From the NCBI GenBank assembly GCA_000146465.1, contig CP001951.1: a stretch of DNA of 64,000 bases. One strand, 5' to 3'. Below the pieces are notes generated by a model. That model did not search any database, had not been told where the DNA came from, and saw only the letters and a program-made list of their open reading frames with translations. Made by a program: the position numbers and the translations under genes. Shown piece after piece: positions 22,253-32,389 of the stretch (positions within the stretch are counted from its first letter, which is position 1; every line of letters starts with the position of its first letter).

Positions 22253-24733
22253 TCATCTCTCCTGGTTCATAACATGGTTTTTTTCTAAATCTTCAAGAAG
22301 AATTGATAGTACTTTTGTCAGAATATTGACTATCTGAAATGGCTTCAGGGTGAGAAGCTCTGCAATTTCATCAATGCTTCTGTTCTGGCAGCCTACCATC
22401 AGTAAAACAGATTTCCTAAGAACAGACAGGTCCTGGCTAAACATTCCATGGAAGTACATTCTAGATATGTCTGGAATGATATCTGTCACAAGATTCAGAT
22501 CTATCTTTCCTCCAGATGCCATTCTAATTCTAGAAATATCATCATATGGAAAATACATCATTCTCCCTTTTTCCGGGACAGGGTCCTTTAAAAGAGAAAG
22601 AGACAGAGACGGCCCAAGACTTTTAAAACTGCTTGAGAGCTGCCCGACAAATCTTGACATGAATTTTTGATTGTATTTGTATATTCTATCTTCTTCTGTG
22701 TGAGACAGAGATCTAATAAAGACAGCAGAGTGTTCTCCAGTTTCCTGTGTAACAGCTTGCTTTACTCCTACAGGCACAAATTGATTCTTCAGCCAGAATC
22801 TACATAGGGTTTCGGCCATCCCGAATGATGCTCCAATCCAACTGACTTGAGGAATTAGCACATCCGTTATATTCTGCAAAAGAATATCTTTCTCTCCGTC
22901 TCTTACTTTCATTGAACAAATATCTTCCCCGTGAGAGGACAAATGCTTAATCAACAGGTTTAGAGATGCTGTTCCATATCCCATCCCAGCGTATTCCGGA
23001 TGCACTGCTATTCTAACTATACGGATTCCATATACGTTCAAAAACGATGCATCGATATGTTCCTCGGAGATGACCCAAGGAATTAGATTTCCTTCTCTCA
23101 GATGTCCTGTCCTTGTGCATTTACCTTCAAAAGAAATCTGAAGAGAGCAAATGACTTTTGGTATGTCCTTCCCATCATCTTCAGCAGGTGTTACAAGAGC
23201 AAATATCTCGTGTCTTGGAGAGTCTGCTAGAACCTGAAGATCATTGGGGCTATTTTTGTAATGGGAGGAAATGAACAGGGAAAATACATCGTTCAAGAAC
23301 TTCTCTGCTGGCGGCTTTCCGGAAAACAGAACATCTTTGTTCACATAAAAAAGACTGCATTCCGATGGCCTTGGGCACCCTTGGATCTTCGGAACAGATG
23401 CATCTAATAATAGCGCCTTATATAGCCAGTTTTCTACGGGATCGTTTTGGCCATATCGAATTGATTCTTTCATAGTCAATTCTTTGTATATGAAAGAAGA
23501 GGATTCAGCGCTGCTCTTTCTAAGCATCTCCGATAGCTTAACAGAAAATGCCCTTCCCGTCCCCTCGTATCCATTTACCGTTGTAGCCATGATGACAAAG
23601 TTTGGAAAGATCAGCTTTGTGAGATACACAAGAGGGATTGCTGCAGCCTCATCAACAACTAACAGATCCGGATAGTATTTAAGCTCATTTGCAGGATTAA
23701 AGTATTCTATAATATGCTTTCTTCCCCCGGTAAACTCAATCTTTTGCATAAACCTCTTGTTTCCTCTAAACTGGTATATGATTTTAAAGTCGATATACTT
23801 TTTATATCCCAGCTTTTCAAGGCCCGTGATGAGAAATAGGAATACTGTCTTAACATTCTCTATGGCGGGAGAGGCAATATACACAGACAGAAGCCCCAGG
23901 CTTATTGCCTTTGCTATTGAAATCCCCAACGCAGCAGACTTTCCTCTTCCTCTTGATGCAGTGATAGAAAATACTGTTTTGCCCGCTCTTGACTCCAAGG
24001 CTTTAAAGATTTCCTCAATAATATATATCTGATCTCTAGTCTTCCCAAGACTTTTCAGGACCTCACTGTCTGGGTCATACTGTTCTTCATACTTATCCTT
24101 GCTAACTTTTAGGTTTTTGTCCTTTGGGCTGTTCATACAGTCTAATACGTTGAGCTTATCGTCCAGAAACAGTGCAAAGTTCGAGCTTATCAATGATTTG
24201 AATAATCTTTTGTTGTATCTGGGTTCAAACTCCCCAATTTTCTCATGGAGGTCAGTTTTGTGGGATATAAGTGTTTCTATAGAATGTGCAGTATCCAAGA
24301 GTAACACTATAGCTCCTCCTCCCCTTACGGTTTCCATACTTGTTGCTATTAAGTTGGGAGACAAGGCTTCAAAATCTTGGAGTATCAGCATATCTACTGT
24401 TCTTCCCAAAATCCTTTCGCTCTCTCTGTATTCAATGAATTCTATATCTCTAGCTCTTATAAACAACGCTAAATCATCCTGGGATTCTTCTTCCTCTATT
24501 CTCTTCTTCTGTCTCTTTCCTGAAACCCTTTGGCCGGTCTTCCTTGTTACTTCATTCTTATGGCACCAAACTATACTTTCCACAGAGCCGTTTGTATGTC
24601 CCTGCAATATTCTGTGGATGGCTGGAATCTGGGCTTTTCCATTCTCCCCCAATAAAATAACGAAAGATCTATGGTTTCTCCTTCCGTTTTCTTCAAAGAA
24701 GTTTTGAATTCCTCTGTCGCATAGAAGCGTCAT
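22253..24733 (-). CDS. KRE33: RNA cytidine acetyltransferase NAT10/Kre33
   Basis: Helicase-like ATPase (GRGKSAALG, VVDEAAAIPLV), tRNA-binding and GNAT-type acetyltransferase regions colinear with NAT10 over about 820 aa. Confidence 0.9.
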   Translation of the reverse strand: MTLLCDRGIQNFFEENGRRNHRSFVILLGENGKAQIPAIHRILQGHTNGSVESIVWCHKNEVTRKTGQRVSGKRQKKRIEEEESQDDLALFIRARDIEFIEYRESERILGRTVDMLILQDFEALSPNLIATSMETVRGGGAIVLLLDTAHSIETLISHKTDLHEKIGEFEPRYNKRLFKSLISSNFALFLDDKLNVLDCMNSPKDKNLKVSKDKYEEQYDPDSEVLKSLGKTRDQIYIIEEIFKALESRAGKTVFSITASRGRGKSAALGISIAKAISLGLLSVYIASPAIENVKTVFLFLITGLEKLGYKKYIDFKIIYQFRGNKRFMQKIEFTGGRKHIIEYFNPANELKYYPDLLVVDEAAAIPLVYLTKLIFPNFVIMATTVNGYEGTGRAFSVKLSEMLRKSSAESSSFIYKELTMKESIRYGQNDPVENWLYKALLLDASVPKIQGCPRPSECSLFYVNKDVLFSGKPPAEKFLNDVFSLFISSHYKNSPNDLQVLADSPRHEIFALVTPAEDDGKDIPKVICSLQISFEGKCTRTGHLREGNLIPWVISEEHIDASFLNVYGIRIVRIAVHPEYAGMGYGTASLNLLIKHLSSHGEDICSMKVRDGEKDILLQNITDVLIPQVSWIGASFGMAETLCRFWLKNQFVPVGVKQAVTQETGEHSAVFIRSLSHTEEDRIYKYNQKFMSRFVGQLSSSFKSLGPSLSLSLLKDPVPEKGRMMYFPYDDISRIRMASGGKIDLNLVTDIIPDISRMYFHGMFSQDLSVLRKSVLLMVGCQNRSIDEIAELLTLKPFQIVNILTKVLSILLEDLEKNHVMNQER

Positions 24734-24816
24734 TAGTAAAGGATTATTTCCAAAGAATTTATTTAGGCAAAGGGCTGGAAAATCTGCTAAATACAGAGAT
24801 AGAGGTTTTCAAACGG

Positions 24817-25191
24817 TCATTTGTATTTCCTTATTGCTTCGGTGATGGTTCCTAGGAAGTTTCTTTTGTCTCGAAAGTCGAATCCAAGCGGAAGTTTAAA
24901 TCCTAATGGCTCCTCTGGTACAACAAGGTCCAGATAGAAATCCCCTGGAGGAAAAGAAAAACAAGTATTTTGCTTTTTTTCGGCGTTCTCACTCTCCGCC
25001 TTTTTGTTCTCAGTCTTCATATCTTTCAAAATAGATGCCATTTCTGCTATCACTTCTTTTTTTTCAAACATTTCCATGTAATAGGCCTTTCTCATAAGCC
25101 TGTGCTTTGCACCCTGGAAATGTATCCTTCTGCTTTTCAGCTTGTCGTTCAGCAGTGTCTTGTTACAAAATTCGCAGAAATACTTTGCCAT
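24817..25191 (-). CDS. U1 snRNP protein C (U1-C, matrin-type zinc finger)
   Basis: MAKYFCEFCNKTLLNDKLKSRRIHFQGAKHRLMRKAYY matches the U1-C N-terminal finger (MPKYYCDYCD.YLTHDS.SVRK.H..G..H...V..YY). The tracked ORF extends 64 codons further 5', but that part is antisense to tRNA-Ser and is rejected. Confidence 0.6.
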   Translation of the reverse strand: MAKYFCEFCNKTLLNDKLKSRRIHFQGAKHRLMRKAYYMEMFEKKEVIAEMASILKDMKTENKKAESENAEKKQNTCFSFPPGDFYLDLVVPEEPLGFKLPLGFDFRDKRNFLGTITEAIRKYK

Positions 25192-25267
25192 AGGAAAGGA
25201 TAGAGTTTCTTTGTGAATTTTGAGTCTCCCCGGAACTACTTTGGGTATTGTTGACTGAGAGCGGTAA

Positions 25268-25349
25268 GACCTTGTAGCAAAGTGGTTAACGCGGTAGATT
25301 GCTAATCTATTTCCCTCTGGGAGCACGAGTTCGAATCTCGTCAAGGTCG
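25268..25349 (+). tRNA. tRNA-Ser (GCU), type II with long variable arm
   Basis: GACCTTGTAGCAAAGTGGTTAACGCGGTAGATTGCTAATCTATTTCCCTCTGGGAGCACGAGTTCGAATCTCGTCAAGGTCG: acceptor GACCTTG/CAAGGTC, discriminator G, anticodon stem GTAGA/TCTAT with loop UUGCUAA, variable-arm hairpin TCCC-TCT-GGGA, T-arm CGAG-TTCGAAT-CTCG. A TTTTT run follows. Coordinates +/-2. Confidence 0.8.
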
Positions 25350-25405
25350 CTTTTTGCACCAGTCCCCTTTCCATTATAAACAAAATACTGTTTTGTAATA
25401 CCCTA

Positions 25406-26608
25406 ATGAGGAATAATTACGTTCCACAAGAAAATGCTTCCTCCCACTCATTATCTGTCCACACCACAAAGAAGATAGAAAAGGGAAAGGGAGAGATGTA
25501 TGGGCTGAAAAATCTGGCAGTGATAATTGCCTTTTTAAGTGTTGGAAAATTCATAATAGATAACAATAGAGAATTTGGCTTTCTCATGTCACTACCTCTT
25601 CAGACTCTTTCTCTGCTTGAGTGTTCTTGCTTTCTCTTGGCAATTCTTATGAGTTTTGTACGCTCACTCTTTGGATTCTACATAGAGGCCAGAAAGCTTG
25701 GGCACTTATATATATGTTTAAACTTAGGTGTCTTTGAGGCGTTTATTGCATACTTGAACTTAAACTACATACGTCACATATATTCCTCTGGATGGTCGAT
25801 GATACTTAATGTTGTCTACACAGCTAAGCTTATCTCCTTCCATTTGGTTGTGAAAGAGCTCAGAAGAGACCGAAAGATTAACATAGAAGAGGAATTAAGC
25901 ATAAGACATTTTCTGTACTTTCTGGTTGTTCCTACTCTCTGCTTCCAGTTACAATTTCCCATGAGGTCTGGAAGAAATATCAAAGGCATGGTTCTGAAAA
26001 CCATTCAACTTCTAGTAGGCTTCCTTCTTTTTGTCCTGGTTATGGATCAATATGCAATCCCTAGCATATATAGAATCGTTAATTTTGAAGATCTAACGAC
26101 AGTAATTGAAAACATAATCAATCTTTCAATAAGTACCATAATTCTGTTCTTAATATTCTTTTACACGGTTTTTTATTGCTTTCTAGAGACTGTTGCCGAC
26201 ATAACACTGTTTTACGATTCATGCTTCTATCAAGAATGGTGGAATGCATCTTCTGCAAGGGAATTCTGGGCCTTATGGAACAGACCCGTGTATCTTTGGT
26301 TCAAAAGACATGTGTATGCTCCAATGGTTGGAAGAGGAATTTCCAAGGAAAGGGCAGGAGTAATAGTATTTGCAATGTCGGGATTGATCCATGAATATGT
26401 TGTCTCCATCTCGATAAAAAAATTCACAGGATGGTTTCTGATAACTATGCTTCTTCAAGTTCCTCTTATTCATGTTACGGAGTCATTCAGACGGAAATTT
26501 CCCAGTCTGGGGAACTTTTTCTTTTGGGGAGCTTTTTGCGTGATTGGCCAGCCCTCTGTAATATTATTATATTACAGGTCTTTATATCTAAAAGAATGTC
26601 ACATGTAG
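25406..26608 (+). CDS. MBOAT-family sterol/diacylglycerol O-acyltransferase (ACAT/DGAT1-like)
   Basis: Multi-pass membrane protein with FYDSCFYQEWWNASSAREFWALWNRPVYLWFKRHVYAPM and the conserved His region (MSGLIHEY), typical of the ACAT/DGAT1 FYxDWWN family. Upstream context is ccctaATG. Confidence 0.7.
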   Translation: MRNNYVPQENASSHSLSVHTTKKIEKGKGEMYGLKNLAVIIAFLSVGKFIIDNNREFGFLMSLPLQTLSLLECSCFLLAILMSFVRSLFGFYIEARKLGHLYICLNLGVFEAFIAYLNLNYIRHIYSSGWSMILNVVYTAKLISFHLVVKELRRDRKINIEEELSIRHFLYFLVVPTLCFQLQFPMRSGRNIKGMVLKTIQLLVGFLLFVLVMDQYAIPSIYRIVNFEDLTTVIENIINLSISTIILFLIFFYTVFYCFLETVADITLFYDSCFYQEWWNASSAREFWALWNRPVYLWFKRHVYAPMVGRGISKERAGVIVFAMSGLIHEYVVSISIKKFTGWFLITMLLQVPLIHVTESFRRKFPSLGNFFFWGAFCVIGQPSVILLYYRSLYLKECHM

Positions 26609-26702
26609 AAGCACAAATCTGGAACATACTACCTTGAGTCAAGAATCAGTATTTGTTTTGAAGGTAATTAGATCTATAAAAATAAATAAATAAGCCTAAG
26701 GG

Positions 26703-28061
26703 ATGAAGGAAATGGTATTGAAAAAGAGAACGTTTTTGCATGATGCTATAGACATGGTGTCGATGGGGAGTCATACACTCGAAAACGACGACTTTACAAG
26801 ATGCTTTCAACCAGCAGCGGCAATCGAAATGGACTCAAGCGGGATATTTTATACGTTCTCCTTTGTAATAAGATATTTTATTTTGTTCCCGATGAGGATA
26901 GCATTTCTTATCTTGTCTATGGCCGTTTTCTTTCTTATGATACTCCGAGCAGCATTTACAAAAAATAACATGCATCTGGAGAGTGCATTGATATTTGGAG
27001 CCAAGTCCTTGATGCTTGCAATGAATGCAAAGATAAAGCACCGAGGGATAAAAAAGAGGCAAGCAGAGCCTCATCTGTATGTTTCAAATCATACATCATT
27101 TGTGGACTTCTTTCTCCTCTGCAGCCATAAGTTTCCTCATGCCTGTGTTTCCGAAATGCATGGTGGGCTTTTTGGGTTTTTGTTCAACTCCATCTTGATA
27201 AGAAACGGATCCATTGGATTCAAGAGGAGTGAAAAGGTTGACAGGCAGCTTGTTGTGGAGAAGATCAAGGAACATGTGAGCTCTGGAGGAGCACCTATGC
27301 TGATTTTTCCAGAAGGAACATGCGTCAACAACAAGTTTTCGGTACTGTTCCAGAAAGGTGCCTTCGAGCTCGGTGTAACAATATATCCTGTAGCCATAAG
27401 GTTCCGTAGAGGGCTGTTTGATCCCTACTGGAACAGAAGAAACCATGGGTTTGCCATGCACATGTTTTATCTCATGACCCGATGGAGACTTGAGGCCGAG
27501 GTTACATGGATGAAACCACATAACATTATGAAGAACGAATCCCCTACTCAGTTTTCTCATCGAGTCAAAGCCGCCATTTCCAAGGAGGCTGGGCTAAGGA
27601 ACACATTATGGAATGGCTTTCTCAAGAGTAGCCCGGCTATCAAAGATAGAGAAATACTCAGGGAATCTTATTTAATAACATACGGAAGGATTGTATCAAA
27701 CTCTCTAGACAAAAGTAATGCTGTCGATGTAGAGAAAAACAGATTCTATTTATACGATAACAATATCGACTTTTCTTCTTCAAGAAGCCATTCCTATTTC
27801 GAATCCATGATATCTTACAAGAAATTTCAGAACGAAGTTTTAAAAGAATACTTGAGACTCAAAGAGCTTCCCCAAAAAGACCTGAAGTTCCTTCTGTCTA
27901 ACCACAAAAGCCGAGAGGACTCTCTTGGAGACTCGGAAAGAAAGGGATTTTGCAGCTGTGGGACCAAGAAAGGTTCTAAAGGAAACAATTTCAAGAAGAA
28001 GCAGAGCAACCCTCTTATGTTCTGCAAGTATGAGAGTTTTAAGAGTCCAAGCCTGGGATAA
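26703..28061 (+). CDS. Glycerol-3-phosphate/lysophospholipid acyltransferase (GPAT/LPLAT family)
   Basis: N-terminal TM segments. Acyltransferase motif I VSNHTSFVDFF (HxxxxD), motif III FPEGTCVNN, motif IV region VYPVAIRF. Confidence 0.75.
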   Translation: MKEMVLKKRTFLHDAIDMVSMGSHTLENDDFTRCFQPAAAIEMDSSGIFYTFSFVIRYFILFPMRIAFLILSMAVFFLMILRAAFTKNNMHLESALIFGAKSLMLAMNAKIKHRGIKKRQAEPHLYVSNHTSFVDFFLLCSHKFPHACVSEMHGGLFGFLFNSILIRNGSIGFKRSEKVDRQLVVEKIKEHVSSGGAPMLIFPEGTCVNNKFSVLFQKGAFELGVTIYPVAIRFRRGLFDPYWNRRNHGFAMHMFYLMTRWRLEAEVTWMKPHNIMKNESPTQFSHRVKAAISKEAGLRNTLWNGFLKSSPAIKDREILRESYLITYGRIVSNSLDKSNAVDVEKNRFYLYDNNIDFSSSRSHSYFESMISYKKFQNEVLKEYLRLKELPQKDLKFLLSNHKSREDSLGDSERKGFCSCGTKKGSKGNNFKKKQSNPLMFCKYESFKSPSLG

Positions 28062-28112
28062 GCACTTCGTGTTTTATAAAGCAAAGAAAAAGCCGGCAGG
28101 CGCTTCTTAGAA

Positions 28113-29609
28113 TCATTCAGAAACAAAATTTGTTATCTTGCGTTTTACAGACCCAAGCTTGCATTGGCTAACTCTATCTGCAAACCGAAGAGAGCATACT
28201 GTTTCATTGAAATGTTCTGCATCAGGTGAAATGTTGACAAGCATGATTGCCCTGGAGTTGCCAGATAAAAAACTTTGTAAAAGATGTGTAAGCTTCGAGT
28301 TCCTAAATGGGATATGGCCATCCTTTCTTAGAATAGAATTAAAAACATCTCCTAGTGCCGATAAACTTTTGTTTATGTTTTGTGTTTCCTTTAGCCTAGC
28401 CCCCTCGGCCTTAGAAACACTAAGCCTTTCTGATCCTGCCAAGTCTATGAGCGCCATGACCCCTTCCTTTTCTTCCTTTGAGGTTTTATTACTCATTTTT
28501 ATTTTCAAGATGAAAATCACATGGCTTCTGCTCGACTTCATATTGCAGTTGGTGTCTCCAATTTTTTTTCTCCGAGCACCACTTTGGAATAGGCCAATGG
28601 CTTCCGATGCATTGGAAACAGATATACTAATGCAGTCCACCATATTTACATCTCCACCTCTATGCACAATTCCAACTTTCCTCATGTCTTCTGAAAACAG
28701 ATCTACAACATCTTCGTTATATATTTCTACATAACTGCACGTGATGTCAAACACCCAGCCGTCCGTTCTCATTTCTTCAATGATGCTGTAGATATCTTTC
28801 AACGTTCTAACAATCAGCCCTGGATTATTATCATTCCCTTCCATAGTATAAGTCTTTCCACTTCCAGTTTGCCCGTATGTGAACACACAAACTCGATACC
28901 CCTCCAGTACTGAACGAAGGATCATCTCCATTTCTCCATATACACATTCTTGTGTTGTATGCGGCCCAAGCACCTTATCAAATGAAAAAGAATGTTCCTT
29001 ACCTCCCATACTAATTTTCAGAGCTCCATCTGATATTTCTATTCTCGATCCCTTTCTCCCAGCTGTATTGGGCCTTATACGGCAGATTACTTGTACAGAG
29101 CCTTTAAGATCCATTATTTCACTTTTAAGCTTTGATATAACTTCTTTATAGGCTAAGCACTCCTTCTTGGTCTCTTCCAGCTTTGAAGCCCTTTCTTTGT
29201 ATTCATCAAGACAGGACTGTATCCTTAAATTATCTTTACGAAGGCACTCATTTGCAGACACAATTCTAGACAATTCTTCCTTCATCTTCTTCACTTCGTG
29301 ATTCTTTTCTTCCATTGCAATGGCAATATCCTTCGCCTGCAGCTCTTCTTTATAGGTGGAGAAATCAGTGACTTTACTTATATTTTCTATTATCAACTCC
29401 AACTCCTTAATCCTCTCTAAAAGCTCAGATTCCCTGTTTCTTGTAGACTTGCTACATCCATTATATCCACAAGTTCCAGGAGTGCATATCTCGAGTAAAA
29501 CAGAGTCCTTTCTGACCCTGTTCGGTATTGTCGCATTGATGTTTTCTTTGATTTCACTAAACATTTCCTTTATCTCATCTATTCTGTGACGAATTCCTGG
29601 GGTTACCAT
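28113..29609 (-). CDS. Kinesin-14 (C-terminal motor, Kar3/Ncd-like)
   Basis: N-terminal coiled coil. C-terminal motor domain: IRPNTAGR, FSFDKV, GQTGSGKTYTMEG (P-loop), SSRSHVIFIL (switch I), LIDLAGSER (switch II), ending soon after the motor. Confidence 0.85.
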   Translation of the reverse strand: MVTPGIRHRIDEIKEMFSEIKENINATIPNRVRKDSVLLEICTPGTCGYNGCSKSTRNRESELLERIKELELIIENISKVTDFSTYKEELQAKDIAIAMEEKNHEVKKMKEELSRIVSANECLRKDNLRIQSCLDEYKERASKLEETKKECLAYKEVISKLKSEIMDLKGSVQVICRIRPNTAGRKGSRIEISDGALKISMGGKEHSFSFDKVLGPHTTQECVYGEMEMILRSVLEGYRVCVFTYGQTGSGKTYTMEGNDNNPGLIVRTLKDIYSIIEEMRTDGWVFDITCSYVEIYNEDVVDLFSEDMRKVGIVHRGGDVNMVDCISISVSNASEAIGLFQSGARRKKIGDTNCNMKSSRSHVIFILKIKMSNKTSKEEKEGVMALIDLAGSERLSVSKAEGARLKETQNINKSLSALGDVFNSILRKDGHIPFRNSKLTHLLQSFLSGNSRAIMLVNISPDAEHFNETVCSLRFADRVSQCKLGSVKRKITNFVSE

Positions 29610-29836
29610 TCAAAGGGTCTGTGAACCTTCGCATTAAGTTTGACTTTGAATTACCATGCTCCTGATGTTATAATCCCACAGTTAATGGGAACTATAGGCT
29701 GATTTATTTCATATATTCTATATTCCAGTGGTCGGTGAGAAACAATTGTTTGAAATGACTTCTGTCCAATAGTTTGAGATTATTCAACATACAATTCTTT
29801 TTTAGAATCATATATCTCTCTTTTTTGTCCCTAGAA

Positions 29837-30496
29837 ATGAAGTGTTCTGCATGCCAAGTAGAAATAGAGGAAAATATCAAAGCTCATTATGCTTCGGAAG
29901 TGCACAAGATAAACGTCAAGAGGCAGATCTATAATGCACCCCCGATAACCATTGAGGAGATCAATGGAGAACAGTTAAGTGATGACGTGTCTCTAGAAAT
30001 TAACGGACTTGAGACGGGAGAGAAGTGTTCAAGTTCGAAGAAATACTCCAGAAAAAGGAATTCATCAAAAGTCGTAGGTTGTTCTCCAGAAGCTGTGTGT
30101 TTATTCTGTGAGTTCCCGGAGAGCAATACTCACTATAGAGATCATGGGCTATCTGACGAAGAAGTTGCATACATCGATAACAAAGTTTGCTATATGTGTT
30201 ATGAGGCTTTTAGTGAACGGGAGAGCCTTAGAAGACATATTTCCTCTGGAAATCACAGAAATGCCATGACTGACGGGGTGAATCTTATATTAGAAAGCGG
30301 TAAAGTTATACAGGGGAGAGGCCGTAATAGATCGAGAGAAGAAGAACCTAGACGGCCTGAAAGTAGAGAAAGAAATATGATAGTGAGAAGTCAGGCAAAA
30401 GAAGATAGAAGAGCTATCATAAAGAACAAGAATCGGCTGAAGATTTCCCTTTCCATGAATTTTCAACCCCGTTTCAAACCTGATTGGATGCAATAA
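29837..30496 (+). CDS. REI1: Rei1/ZNF622-like C2H2 zinc-finger pre-60S maturation factor
   Basis: MKCSACQVEIEENIKAHYASEVHKINVKRQIYNAPPIT resembles the Rei1 N-terminal finger (C..C......Q..H...DWHRYNLKRR...LPP). Second finger pair CLFCEF...HYRDH and CYMCYEAFSERESLRRHISSGNHRN. The start is at the first ATG; 29774 in the track is not an ATG context and the upstream context here is ccctagaaATG. Confidence 0.5.
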   Translation: MKCSACQVEIEENIKAHYASEVHKINVKRQIYNAPPITIEEINGEQLSDDVSLEINGLETGEKCSSSKKYSRKRNSSKVVGCSPEAVCLFCEFPESNTHYRDHGLSDEEVAYIDNKVCYMCYEAFSERESLRRHISSGNHRNAMTDGVNLILESGKVIQGRGRNRSREEEPRRPESRERNMIVRSQAKEDRRAIIKNKNRLKISLSMNFQPRFKPDWMQ

Positions 30497-30592
30497 GCTT
30501 TTGGATTGAAATATCTTAAAAACAGGGATATTGTTTGTGAGTTATGACATTTCAGAAACTATTTAAAAAAATCTTGGATACCTAACCCACAA

Positions 30593-31426
30593 ATGACAAG
30601 CTACTCGACACTCAAGATTGGAAAAAAGTACTCACCTGGGTTCAAGACGTACGTGACACAGAATGGGAAGATAGTTTCTCCGTTTCACGATATTCCTCTG
30701 CACATGACAGAAAATAGGGAAGTTATATCTGTGATCTGTGAGATCCCCAGGTTTGAAAATGGGAAATTTGAGATCAATAAAAAAGAGAGGTTTAATCCAA
30801 TAAAGCAGGATGTTAAGAATGGAAAGCCAAGATTTGTAAAGAATGTCTTTCCTATGAAAGGATATTTGTGGAATTACGGTGCTATACCACAAACATGGGA
30901 GAGCCCTCATGAGATTGACAAACATGTTGGAGCAAAGGGAGATAATGATCCTTTGGATGTCATTGAAATAGGAGGGAGGAAAAAGAAAATAGGAGAGGTT
31001 TATCAAGCAAAGGTCCTTGGAAGTATTGCATTGGTTGACGAGGATGAATGCGATTGGAAGGTGATAGTCATTGATGTATGTGACGAAAAGGCCAATGAGA
31101 TGAATGACATTGAAGATGTACAGAAGATGTGTGGAGGATTACTTGAGCAAACCAAGTTTTGGTTTGAGAATTACAAGGTCCCTGACGGGAAGGGGAAGAA
31201 CAGTTTTGCCTTGGATGGAAAGTACATGAACAAAGAGTTCACTCTAAAAGTCATCGGGAATGCACACGAAAGTTGGTGTGGAATGGTGAACTCCAAGGAC
31301 AGTGAAGATATTTGTAAGGAGAATTCCACTCTAATGGATAAGATTGATCCTCCCGCTATCACTGGAGAAGATTTGTCCGACTCAGAAATTCCTGACTATG
31401 TCAATCAGTTTGAGTTCATTAAATGA
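30593..31426 (+). CDS. IPP1: Inorganic pyrophosphatase (family I, soluble)
   Basis: VSPFHDIPL, DNDPLDVIEIG, ALVDEDECDWKVIVIDVCDE; the catalytic Asp/Glu constellation of family I PPases. Upstream context is acccacaaATG. Confidence 0.9.
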   Translation: MTSYSTLKIGKKYSPGFKTYVTQNGKIVSPFHDIPLHMTENREVISVICEIPRFENGKFEINKKERFNPIKQDVKNGKPRFVKNVFPMKGYLWNYGAIPQTWESPHEIDKHVGAKGDNDPLDVIEIGGRKKKIGEVYQAKVLGSIALVDEDECDWKVIVIDVCDEKANEMNDIEDVQKMCGGLLEQTKFWFENYKVPDGKGKNSFALDGKYMNKEFTLKVIGNAHESWCGMVNSKDSEDICKENSTLMDKIDPPAITGEDLSDSEIPDYVNQFEFIK

Positions 31427-31495
31427 TGGTCTGATATGTATCATGTCTAAGCTATTATTCATATATCCAAAAGACAGAGGACCCTAATAATTAGT

Positions 31496-31744
31496 ATGAA
31501 GAATCTGAAACTTTCCCAGTCCCTAGTTAATAAATTAATCTCTAAGGCTGATGTTAAGTGTACCAAGAGTGCGGAGAAATTATTATCTAAATCGATTGTG
31601 ATTTCTGTGGCATTTTTATCCATGTGCATTGACGAGTTATCCGATGAAAACTGCAAGGAAGAAGATGTTCTTCAGGAAGTTTTGGTAGCTCTTGGAGTTC
31701 CAGTAACCCATAATGATGTTCCCAGCTTGAGCCAAAAATACTAA
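31496..31744 (+). CDS. Small hypothetical protein (possible histone-fold-like)
   Basis: 82 aa, well spaced between neighbouring genes. LSQSLVNKLISKADVKCTKSAEKLLSKSIVISVAFLSMCIDEL loosely resembles a histone-fold alpha1-L1-alpha2. No firm identification. Confidence 0.3.
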   Translation: MKNLKLSQSLVNKLISKADVKCTKSAEKLLSKSIVISVAFLSMCIDELSDENCKEEDVLQEVLVALGVPVTHNDVPSLSQKY

Positions 31745-31783
31745 AAGATATTTATTCTAAGAAACACCCACTCCATTCTATCC

Positions 31784-32389
31784 TTAACGACAACACTTCA
31801 TGCATGATAAAAAGCTACATGATTCAGCATCAGATGTTGCCTGCTTTGTATCCCATATGTGTTTTGCTGCCTCTAGAAACACAAGATTCACATTTTCCCT
31901 TGTACGCGAAGAACATTCAAAAAACCTTGTCGCATTAATGTTATCTGCGATTTTCCTTCCTTCGCTTTCGGAAATCATTGAGGATTTATCAATAGTTGGG
32001 TCGTCCAAGTCTCTTATGTCTTTCTTCAGTCCAATAAGAAAGAACTGGGACGAGGGGCAATAGTTCTTTATTTCCATCAGCCATTTTCTTGATATGTTTG
32101 GAATCTTCTTCTTGTTTTCTATTGTGTAGCATAACAATACAAGGTCTGTCTCCTTATATGAAAGAGGTCTGATTGTGTCATAATCCTCTTGCCCTGCCGT
32201 GTCCCACAATGCTAAGGAAACATACTTGTCGTCCGAAATTTTTACTTCTTTAACAAAGTTATCAACAACAGTGGGAATGTATGTTTCGGGGAACTGGTTT
32301 CTTCTAAATACCTCGAGTAAACATGTCTTTCCACAGGCCCCGTCTCCCACAACGACAACTTTTCCAGACTTGTGCGTCTTGTTATTCAT
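31784..32389 (-). CDS. RHO1: Rho-family small GTPase (Rho1/Rac/Cdc42-like)
   Basis: KVVVVGDGACGKTCLL, TVVDNF, LALWDTAGQEDYDTIRPLSY, IGLKKDIR, C-terminal CAAX-like ...CCR. Confidence 0.85.
   Translation of the reverse strand: MNNKTHKSGKVVVVGDGACGKTCLLEVFRRNQFPETYIPTVVDNFVKEVKISDDKYVSLALWDTAGQEDYDTIRPLSYKETDLVLLCYTIENKKKIPNISRKWLMEIKNYCPSSQFFLIGLKKDIRDLDDPTIDKSSMISESEGRKIADNINATRFFECSSRTRENVNLVFLEAAKHIWDTKQATSDAESCSFLSCMKCCR

Noticed and set aside
24817-25383. 188-aa version of the U1-C ORF
   Set aside because: Its N-terminal 64 codons (ATLTRFELVLPEGNRLAIYRVNHFATRSYR) are simply the antisense translation of the tRNA-Ser gene at 25268-25349. The true start is the ATG of MAKYFCEFC.
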